Below, piece after piece: positions 36,621 to 46,205 of a stretch of DNA of 46,205 nt. Every line of letters begins with the position of its first letter. Within the stretch, counting starts at the first letter, position 1. This stretch comes from Octopus sinensis. Lineage: Eukaryota. Position numbers and translations under genes: made by a program. Location of the stretch: NCBI RefSeq assembly GCF_006345805.1, contig NW_021835029.1, forward strand, positions 1-46,205, given 5' to 3'. Under the pieces are notes generated by a model that had not been told where the DNA came from, did no database searches, and saw nothing but the letters and a program-made list of their open reading frames with translations.

Positions 36621-36722
36621 TCTTTTACTGATGAAGTGTGACCTATGGTAGACTAGCTTAATTTAATTTAATTAAGCTGGTCTATCATTAAAGACACTGA
36701 AACGATGCCATCGTATAAAAGA
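36621..36722 (+). ncRNA. Type I hammerhead ribozyme
   Basis: tctttta 36621-27, CTGATGA 36628-34, stem II agtgt/acact, GAAA 36699-702, stem III with one extra C, GTA triplet, taaaaga 36716-22. Confidence 0.88.
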
Positions 36723-37097
36723 TGAATTAGGGTAAATGTTTTTAAATTTTCACCTTATTTCCGATTACACTACTTGGCGGTTGGAGTTCTGGCTGCTCTT
36801 TCTGGTGGACGAATGGCCTGTTTAGGCCATTCCTAAATTGTTATATTTATACATATTTAGTCTTTGACTATTTTCTCTTTTCCACTAGGCCGCTGGTAGC
36901 GATAAATTTTTACTGAATTTTTTGCTACCCTAAATTGATTAATTGATAATTTTCTGACTAATTCTGAGATGGAATCGGCAGTTTATATTGCTGCCGACGA
37001 TAAGTTTGGCGCGAATGCGTTGGTCTTGAAAATTTTAAGACAGACATTCCCGAGGCATTGATACAGTCCGCTCGTGTATGTCCGTCTCTCCCAGGTT

Positions 37098-37197
37098 TCT
37101 TTTACTGATGAAGTGTGACCTATGGTAGACTAGCTTATTTAATTTAATTAAGCTGGTCTATCATTAAAGACACTGAAACGATGCATCGTATAAAAGA
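37098..37197 (+). ncRNA. Type I hammerhead ribozyme (intact consensus)
   Basis: tctttta-CTGATGA(37105-11)-agtgt...acact-GAAA(37175-78)-cgatgcatcg-TA-taaaaga; predicted cleavage after 37190. Confidence 0.92.
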
Positions 37198-37318
37198 TGA
37201 ATTAGGGTAAATGTTTTTAAATTTTCACCTTATTTCCGAATTACACTACTTGGCGGTTGGAGTTCTGGCTGCTCTTTCTGGTGGACGAATGGCCTGTTTA
37301 GGCCATTCCTAAATTGTT

Positions 37319-37357
<39 letters not shown>

Positions 37358-37719
37358 CGAAAGTAAGCACATAAATGCGAAACAAGGTGGACAAAATAGT
37401 ACTCGAATACCAGAGGTAGAGTAATATGCTTTATTTAAAATGTGAAACTCTGAGTAACAGTTTTTGTGATGACTTTGTAGCTTTATTAATAAAGTATATA
37501 TATGCATACACATATATATATATATATATTCACACACACACATATTCATGCATACATGCATACGTAAATGCATACATATATATTAAATGTGTATGTGTGT
37601 GTGTTGATATATATATATATAATATATATATATATATACACACACATAAAATATACACATATATATACACATATACACACACACAGACACACACACTTAT
37701 ATATATACATATATAAAGG

Positions 37720-38300
37720 CTGCGATGGGTAAATTTCGTGTATATGCATTGTTCATTTTTGATTTTGCCGATTATACAGTATAGTAGACTCAGTTGGGCA
37801 CCGTCTGCGAGCAAAACAGTACCATGCCGCAATTCATTCAGCCAGAAATTTGGAAATGACATGCTGTGCTACTTCACGCCGGAAGTTCCAATGCGAACAA
37901 CTGCGGAACAGACAGAACAACCGTTCGCTTCCCATGTGCCCAAAACGTGTGGTTTAAATCAAACATCCAGTCAACTCCATTAGTAGTCACTAATGATGGT
38001 GACATTATGCCTCCATTCATCTTTCCACACAGCCTCACACTCAACACGGAGGCCTACATCAAGTGCCTGGAGGTGGTAGTGCTGCCCTGAATCAAGAGGG
38101 TAGTTGCTGGAAGACCCCATGCCTGGCAACAGGACTCAGCACTCTGCCACACAAGCAGGAGAGCCCAGTCATGGCTGTCAGACAATTTCTACGCCCACAT
38201 CACCCCTAATATCTGGCCACCTAACTCCCAACACTGCAACCCCCTTGATTATTATGCGTGGGGCGCAGTTGGGCGAGAGACCAACGAAACTCCTTGCGCT
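37720..38300 (+). mobile_element. DD37D (maT-like) transposon, internally deleted remnant
   Basis: MPQFIQPEIWK*HAVLL (ATG 37824), then DGDIMPPFIFPH...WQQDSALCH...WPPNSQHCNPLDYY. D codons at 38133 and 38247 are separated by 37 residues. Confidence 0.85.
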
Positions 38301-39114
38301 CTCTTCTCCAGGACCCAAACTCAGCCATAATTTGTTCCAGATGGGTTATACGTATGTATGTATGTATGTATGTATGTATGTATGTATGTATGTATGTATT
38401 GTATGTATGTATGTATGTGTGTATGAATACACACACACACACATATATCTTTCAATACATCTCAACGCTTCCAAAATAAACTTTGTTTACTTTCATCGTA
38501 AGTTGAATATATATATATATATAAGAAAAGAAATGGAGCAACATCATTGGTATTAGGAGGTCATAGTTTAATTGTAGTTCAAGAAGATTTACAGCTGTTT
38601 CAGTTTGTTATTTCGAAGTAAATTTGCATTTATCTCGTTCCATTTAACAAACATCGTCAGAATGAATTAGAGTTTATCGAAGGAATATAGATAGGAGAAA
38701 AGAGGGAAATGAAAAGAAAAAGGGAAAAGGGAAAAAGGAATAGGTTTGTTAAGTCTTTAGGCTTACATTTTTGTGACCTTTTTGGGTTACACGAGTGTGT
38801 ATACACATGTATGTATACATATGTGTATATACACATGTATGCATGAATATATTTTTATAATATATATGTATACATATTGTATATGTGTATATATATCCAT
38901 CTATGTATACATATATATATACATACATACATATATATTATGCATATACATACATGTATGTGTGTGTGTGAATATGTATGCATGCATGTATACGTATGTG
39001 TGAGGGGTGTGGAGAGAGAGAAAAGGAGAGAGAGAGGGGGAGAGAGGAAGCGGGAGAGTGAGAGAAATAGTGAGGGAGAGAGAGAAAGAGAGACATAAAG
39101 AGATAGAGAGAGAG

Positions 39115-39220
39115 GTAAATTGGCATATTCGTTAGAGCTTTAGAATTTGTTTTGACACTCAACATACTGAGTTCAAATCCGGCTGAGGTCAACTTGGCCT
39201 TTCATCCATTCGAGATCGTT
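39115..39220 (+). mobile_element. SINE family B, decayed 5' part
   Basis: ctgagttcaaatccggctgaggtcaacttggcctttcatccattcg. Confidence 0.6.
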
Positions 39221-39259
39221 TAAAGCGAAAGAAAGAAGTGGAAGCAACACAAAACTAAC

Positions 39260-39570
39260 CCACGTTTCTATGACAACCAACTATCAATACCATCATCAAC
39301 AGCACTATCACCACCACCACTGCCAGTACCCCCACGCCACCACCATCTACACTACTATGAACGTCACCACCTCCCACCACTCATCGCCGCAACCTACACC
39401 ACCACCAACACCACCATCACCATTACCACCACAGTCATCACAAATCACTAACAACATCACCATCACCATCACCATCACCACCACTACCACTAGCATAATC
39501 AGCATCACCACCATCACCATCACCACTATCACCACTATCATGACCACCACGACAACCGCAATCACACTTT
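39260..39570. repeat. (ACC/ATC)n trinucleotide block
   Basis: Directly visible. Confidence 0.9.
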
Positions 39571-39623
39571 AAAGTGACAATATTTCTCTTTGAAGAAAAA
39601 TCTGCTCATTTATAAGTGTACCT

Positions 39624-39690
39624 GTAGAGCTTATCCCGAACAGGTAATGCTTCTCGATAGCACTGCCAGGCCAGGGATCTTTGGTGATTG
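39624..39690 (-). mobile_element. Possible L1/Tx1-type LINE fragment (region preceding the C-terminal zinc knuckle)
   Basis: Minus strand QRSLAWQCYREALPVRDKLY; short match recalled from the family, unverified. Confidence 0.35.
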
Positions 39691-39927
39691 TCCTTCTTGA
39701 ATTTTTGTCATTCTTGAATTTTTCCATCTGATTTTGAATTGAATTTCCTTTTCAAATGGGAATCTAATTTTCACACAACAACCCATAAAATATGGATGAC
39801 AATTTTCACTAAGTGCTGCAATTAATATTGTAAAGGATTATATTATTTGGAAAAGACCCCCTAAAACTAGTGAATAAAGATTTTACTCAACTTTTAGAAG
39901 CTATTAGAAATTATAGTGAATACTATA

Positions 39928-40126
39928 GGCGCAGGAGTGGCTGTGTGGTAAGTAGCTTGCTAATCAACCACATGGTTCCGGCTTCAGTCCCACTGCATGG
40001 CATCTTGGGCAAGTGTCTTCTGCTATAGCCTCGGGCCGACCGATGCCTTGTGAGTGGATTTGGTAGACGGAAACTGAAAGAAGCCCGTCGTATATATGTA
40101 TATATATAATATATATATATAATATA

Positions 40127-40174
<48 letters not shown>

Positions 40175-40385
40175 GTGGTGTGTGTGTGTGTGTGTGTGTC
40201 TGTGTTTAACCCCCCAACCATGCTTGACAACCTATGCTGTGTGTTTATGTCCTCGTCACTTAGCGGTTCGGCAAAAGAGACCGATAGAATAAGTACTGGG
40301 CTTACAAAGAATAAGTCCCGGGGTCGATTTGCTCGACTAAAGGCGGTGCTCCAGCATGGCCGCAGTCAAATGACTGAAACAATTT
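39928..40385 (+). mobile_element. SINE family A, full length
   Basis: ggcgcaggagtggctgtgtgg ... gcagtcaaatgactgaaac. Confidence 0.92.
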
Positions 40386-40674
40386 AAAGAAAGTTAAAGA
40401 GAGAGTACCTCACAAAGGTATATTTGTAGCACATACTGATCTGATGTAAATCTAGATTTAGTTTGATTTTGTCACCAATTAAGTCTACCTCCAGAGCAAC
40501 TAGAGTCAGTATCAAATTACCTCACTATTTTCTAGTTCAGTCACTAATATGCCTACTGTATAAAGACCAGCAGCAGCTTTCATTCACAAACTGAATTGAT
40601 CTTTGTTTCTCTCTATAACTTGCTGGAATTAATACCTCCCTGTCACATCATAAAACTACTATTACATCTGTTGT

Positions 40675-40940
40675 TGTTGTTGTTAGTGTTGGTCGTGGTC
40701 ATGGCGTTGGGGCAATGGTGGCGATTGCAGTGATGGTGGTAGTGGTAGTGGTGGTTGCTGTTTTGGTGGTGGTGGTGGTGGTGGTGTTGGTGTAGGTGGT
40801 GATGGCGGTTGTGTTGGTTGTGGTCCTAGTGGTGGCGACGTACACGAGAAGTGTGGGTGTTATAGCATTAGTCTGTTGTTGGGGTGGGGGTTCGGTCACT
40901 GTCGTGATGGTCATGGTAGACACGACGACGACGACAATGT
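40675..40940. repeat. (GTT/GGT/GAC)n trinucleotide block
   Basis: Directly visible. Confidence 0.85.
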
Positions 40941-41019
40941 TCATAAAGACAATGGCTTGTGATGCTAAATACTACAAGAACAAACTTGCTTGCTTGTTTC
41001 TTGCGTCTCTCCCTCTTTT

Positions 41020-41058
<39 letters not shown>

Positions 41059-41952
41059 CTCTCTCTATGTGTGTATAAATGTATGTGTGTATGTATTTGT
41101 GGGTGTGTAGAAATACACACATGTGGAAGCGTCGGTACACGTGTACCGAAGCTCTCCCATGTGGCAGCCTTGGTAATTGTTAATTGTTAATTCTTCTATA
41201 ACTGAAACTATTGGTAGCTTGTTAAACCACAAATGGAGAATATTTAATAAAGGACATGTGGGAAAGCGAGGAATAGAGGTCACTGCACATCTAAGCAAGT
41301 CTCTTCAATCTGTGTGTGTATGTGTGTGTGAGTGTGTGTGTGTGTGCGTATGTGGATGTGTGTGTGTGAGTGTGTGTATGTGTGCGTATGTGGATGTGTG
41401 TGTGTGTACATACATATATTGTAATAATTTTATGTTCGGGTAGACACCTTGTAGTATTCTGCTTAAAGCCCGTCCGCAGTAGTCGGCTAGCTGATATCAA
41501 CAACAATTATGGTTGTATATGCCACAGGATTTACTTCAGGAATTCTTTTGTGCCTGTAGCGTTTATATAAAATGATGAGAGACAGAAAATGGAATTCCCG
41601 AAACTCTTTATTCAAAACGACTACGACCGTTTCAACCCATACTGACAGGTGATATGCTGTACAAATAATTGTCATGCTCCATAGGTACAGATGCGTATCC
41701 TCAGGTGACTTTTCAAAAAGTACCTCGTTTTTTTCTTACCGTTTCGTTTATTTCTATAGCAATACAGTTTGGTTAGTGTAGCATTCCATCCATCTCCATA
41801 AGGAACTGAGATGTAATGAAAGAATCGTTCTCATTTAAGCAATGAAATTACGAATACAAGAATAAAAGAATAAGGAAATAAAGAAAATGTGTAATACAAA
41901 GATGATGAGACAGTTAAATAAAAAAATAAAATATCAAATATCAAATAGAATA

Positions 41953-42008
41953 GAACAAAAAGAAAAAGGAAATAATCGGACATTAATACTGACCTTTACA
42001 TTTCATCC

Positions 42009-42048
<40 letters not shown>

Positions 42049-42345
42049 CGCACACCACACACACACACACACATATACACACGCACACACACAACACCAC
42101 AACACACACACCCACACACCACGCACACACACCACACGCACACACACACACCACGCAACACACACACACACAACACACAACCACGCACACCACACACAGC
42201 ACACACACACACACACACACACGCACACACACACCACACGCACACACACACGCACACACACACACCACACACACACACACAGACACGCACACACACACAC
42301 AACAGCACACACACACGCACACACACACACACGCCACACACACAC

Positions 42346-42381
<36 letters not shown>

Positions 42382-42486
42382 CACACACACACCACACACA
42401 CACGCACACACACACGCACACACACACACATATACACACACAACGCACACACGCACACACACACACACACCACACGCACACACACG

Positions 42487-42520
<34 letters not shown>

Positions 42521-42525
42521 CACAT
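41953..42525. repeat. ~570-bp degenerate (CA)n microsatellite
   Basis: Directly visible; followed by (GATA)n at 42730-42826. Confidence 0.95.
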
Positions 42526-42730
42526 GAAAGTTCAGGATTCAAGTGCACCAGGTACTTGTATGGTAAAGCACCGGTCAGGTAAAAAAAAGGGAATCGTTTA
42601 TACGTGTGCTTCCCAAAGTGTACGGCATTACTCCCCTGGGAGCGGTGGAAAGTTGCAAGTAGACTTTGAAGAAAAATGGGGTGATAATGGGGGTATATAT
42701 ATACACATATACATATACATATTGATAAAC

Positions 42731-42826
<96 letters not shown>

Positions 42827-42911
42827 GAAAAGTGGTTAGGAGTCCATATGAATCAAAGATTATAGTTAAAAAAAAGTAAATAAAGTTGGAAAAGGTACAG
42901 AATTATATTTT

Positions 42912-43097
42912 ACAGAAGTATATTTTATTAAACATTCTCTAAAATATACTTCTGTGACTTTTCAAACATTATTTACGTTCATTATTTACATTATTTACAT
43001 TTGATGGATATTTGTCCTCATCTTGTTTGTTGTTAAGACAACGTTTCCAGCAAAAAGATGAGGACAAATATCCGTCAAATGTAAATTATGTAAATAA
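42912..43097. repeat. Two adjacent hairpins (16-bp perfect; 42-bp with 2 mismatches)
   Basis: acagaagtatatttta (42912-27) / taaaatatacttctgt (42940-55); arms 42982-43023 / 43056-43097. Confidence 0.85.
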
Positions 43098-43151
43098 TGT
43101 ACATAATTTCTCATCTCTTAAATATAGAACTGTATTATTTACGTTCTTTTA

Positions 43152-43190
<39 letters not shown>

Positions 43191-43315
43191 TGTGTGTCTG
43201 TGTGGTGTGTTGTGTGTGTGTGTGTGTGTGTGTGTAATAAAACCAGTTTTGCATTAATCTGATGGTTTACTCAATACTTTTGTAGAGAACAAATTTATTA
43301 TTCTTAAACAAGGGT

Positions 43316-43445
43316 ATTACTGACAACGGCTTAGGCACGTTAAGCCAGCGTCTGACGACGGCTTAACTGGTCGAAGCTTCGAAGTCACTGTAATCTTTGC
43401 CTGAATGAACTAGGTTTCTGTTTGAAACCTGCGAAACACTAAGTC
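43316..43445 (+). ncRNA. Two decayed hammerhead-like motifs in tandem
   Basis: CTGACGA(43352)...GAAG-cttcgaag-TC-actgtaat; then CTGAATGA(43401)-aggtttc(tgttt)gaaacct-GAAA-cactaag-TC. Each has core or stem defects. Confidence 0.4.
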
Positions 43446-43789
43446 ACATGGACCGAAACAAACTCTTTAAATTATATATATATATATATATATTATGAAT
43501 TATAAGTTAGTTATTGAGGCAGGTTACTGGCGAGAATTCGCCTGGCGAGTAATATTGTCTTGCTAAATTACCTATTAAAGGATGGCAAATAATCTTATTT
43601 GCTAAAGGAATTCGAAACCCTGGTATAACCGCTAAGAAAAATAACAAGGTAAAAGTTTTTAGTTTTCATTTACTTCGAAAATTGCTATAAAATCGTGGTT
43701 TTGACCGTGTTGGCTGCTATTTCTAGCATGTAAAATTTATCCTGTTAAGGGTAGTTTTTCTTTTGTGGTTTAAATGTACACTATTTTAA

Positions 43790-43834
<45 letters not shown>

Positions 43835-44237
43835 GAGTAAAAAAACATGATAAAACATGATAAAAATGTAAAAGAATGTAAGATAAGGATGTATAGAGGT
43901 TACGGACAAGCATGGTCAGGAGATTGATAAAATTTAGTTGTAGAATTGTCAGTAAATCACAGTTTCGTCTGGGGACCTAATGTGTTGTAAATCAGAGTTC
44001 ATGAGCATTTAATCTGGTTTCTTGAATTAAATGGACTTCTAGTACATACATATCATCATGGATATATACACCCACATACACGCGTACATATACGCCTCCA
44101 AGCCTATTAGCATACACACGCACTCGCGTGTAAACACGTACCTAAACACACACGCACCCACACGCACGCGCGTACACACACATACATACAACAGAATATC
44201 CGCATGCATACACGGACACTATACGCGTACACACTCA

Positions 44238-44760
44238 CATGTTTTTATCATGTTTTTTTACTCTTATTTCTATTTCTATTTTTACTTTATAACCTTATGC
44301 CTTTACATTTACTTATATTTCTTTATATTTCTTTATATCCTTTATACCCCCTTTACATCTCCTTATAACTCTTTATATCTTTATGCTCTACATTTTTATA
44401 CTTTTCTATACTTACACCTTTTATACATTTGTTATCCCTGGTCCCGAATTCTCGCCCCTCCATCTTCACGTCTATATATGTATTTATTTATTTACATTAC
44501 CTCAACATCCAGTTTTCCTCATTCTACATTGAGAGAAGAAGGAGATGGACGCTTCAATTCTATGCTGCTGCCGCATTATGTCGTACGCGAATGAGAGGAT
44601 TCGCATCCCCGACCAAGAATTTTGATGTAACACATGTCCTTGTGGAAGCTGTTGTGCGCGGCTGAAGAAGGCCACAGACATACATTATGCATTGTTATAA
44701 ATCTGTCTAATAAAGGCCCGAAACATATGTACCGCTGAATCCTTCGCATCATGTTTTTAT
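44238..44760 (+). mobile_element. ~512-bp non-coding monomer with terminal direct repeat and a type I hammerhead (second retrozyme/pLTR-like family)
   Basis: catgtttttat at 44238-48 and 44750-60; T-rich 5' part; hammerhead near the 3' end. Confidence 0.55.
44658..44735 (+). ncRNA. Type I hammerhead ribozyme motif
   Basis: gcgg-CTGAAGA-aggcc acaga...tctgt..ggccc-GAAA-catatg-TA-ccgc: 4-bp stem I, palindromic stem III (acatatgt), GUA triplet; A-C mismatch at the base of stem II. Confidence 0.7.
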
Positions 44761-45382
44761 TTTATTTTGATCAATTTACTCCACCACCTACACCACCAAA
44801 CGGTATACACAGGTGCTTATAATTATCAAGTACTCACCCCGAATTTCTATATTATATATATATATAATATATATATATATATATGAAGAGAGAGAGAGAG
44901 AGAGAGAGAGAAAGATGGAAAGAGATAAATTATAAGTATACATACACACATACGTGTGTCTGTCTATAAGTATAGTCCTCTCCAGTCTAGAGGATACGAA
45001 AGTGCAATCACTTGTTAAGAAGTGTTCTCTCGTAAAGATAAGTTATAGTTTCCACTTTTATTTATCACCTTCCATAATTAATAAAGAAACAGAATAGAAA
45101 TTACGACAAAGAATCTAGCAATATAATAAATATATAACAATATACGCGCTTGGATATATTAATATGGCTAAATCTACATGGTATCATAAACCTTTATATA
45201 TTATATACTGGGACTAAGATATATGCCACTATATAGTATATAATAATGAATTCTTCATAGACTAAAATAATGTAATGCAGACACTGTACATTTGATAAAA
45301 TATAGATGTTATGCGATAGTTGATATAACGCAAGCTAAACATCCGCGCTATCGTATCGTTTAATATATAATAAATATATTCT

Positions 45383-45609
45383 TACTCTTTACTCTTTTGC
45401 TTGTTTCAGTCATGTGACTGCGGCCATGCTGGAGCACCACCTTTAGTCGAAGAAATCGACCCCAGGTCTTATTCTTTGTAAGCCTAGTACTTATTCTATC
45501 GGTCTCTTTTTGCCGAACCGCTAAGTTACGGGGACGTAAACACACCAGCATCGGTTGTCAAGCGATGTTGGGGGAGAAACACAGACACACAACCATACAC
45601 ACCCAAACA

Positions 45610-45662
<53 letters not shown>

Positions 45663-45825
45663 CGATAGGCTTTTTTCAGTTTCCGTCTACCAAATCTACT
45701 CACAAGGCTTTGGTCAGCCCGAGGCTATAGTAGAAGACACTTGCCCAAGGTGCCACAAAATGGGACTGAACCCAGAACCATGTGGCAGGTAAGCAAGCTA
45801 CTTACCACACAGCCACTCCTGCGCC
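45383..45825 (-). mobile_element. SINE family A, full length
   Basis: Reverse complement from tactcttttactctttt to ccactcctgcgcc. Confidence 0.92.
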
Positions 45826-45947
45826 TATATATATGCGATATACGCCACAACACAGAATGCCATATAATTATAGTGTTGAATTCAATTCATGATATCAACT
45901 AGAATACAGAATTTATTTTGCGTACATACATATATACATGCCTGCAT

Positions 45948-46205
45948 CTTTTACTTGTTTCAGTCATTGGATTGCGACCATAAGTGGCACCATCTTTTGA
46001 CGAGCTTTTAGTCGAATGAATGAGCCCTACTGCTTTCTTGTTAAGCCTGATACTTAGTGAATCTATTTTTTTGACCGAACTACTAGGTTATGGGTACGTA
46101 AACACACAAGCTTCTTTCAGTTTCCGTCCACCGACTCCAATCACAAAGCCTTTGTTGGCTCGAGGCCATAGTAAAAGGCGCTCGGACAAGGTCCCTACGT
46201 AAACC
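45948..46205 (-). mobile_element. SINE family A, decayed
   Basis: tacttgtttcagtcattggattgcgacca...ttctttcagtttccgtcc...cacaaagcc. Confidence 0.7.

Larger units (their letters stand above)
36468..37322 (+). mobile_element. Inverted block of ~1.8 monomers of the same retrozyme-like repeat
   Basis: Reverse complement of the preceding array; ends gttatat and merges into (TA)n. Confidence 0.9.

Noticed and set aside
41132-41149. Perfect 18-bp palindrome tcggtacacgtgtaccga
   Set aside because: Isolated, with no associated element; could be a small local inversion or duplication.
41887-42582. His-Thr and Cys-Val ORFs (also 5301-5815, 24583-25369)
   Set aside because: Translations of (CA)n/(TG)n/(TA)n microsatellites.

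Overview
Repeat-saturated eukaryotic (animal) non-coding DNA. The tRNA-derived SINE families and extreme microsatellite load look like Octopus/cephalopod DNA; this is an inference from recalled repeat families, not verified. No host gene can be called with confidence, and almost all supplied ORFs are microsatellite read-throughs or decayed transposon fragments. Recognisable content: three tRNA-SINE families (~20 copies); decayed Penelope-like (RT and GIY-YIG), CR1-like, RTE-like, RLE-type and possibly Tx1-like retroelement fragments; a mariner; three DD37D (maT-like) remnants; a Tc1-like element with D-36-E spacing; a 552-bp palindromic MITE; two non-autonomous Helitrons; and many di/tri/tetranucleotide repeats. 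The standout is a 4.2-kb array (33144-37322) of a ~470-bp highly structured non-coding monomer. Each monomer carries a type I hammerhead ribozyme (9 copies): 7 tandem copies in one orientation are joined head-to-head to ~1.8 inverted copies, and the whole array sits inside a (TA)n tract. This fits a non-LTR retrozyme (Penelope-mobilised ribozyme retroelement). At least three further, unrelated hammerhead-bearing elements (2432, 3690, 44658) and several half or decayed hammerheads also sit in or beside (TA)n tracts, often with inverted junctions.
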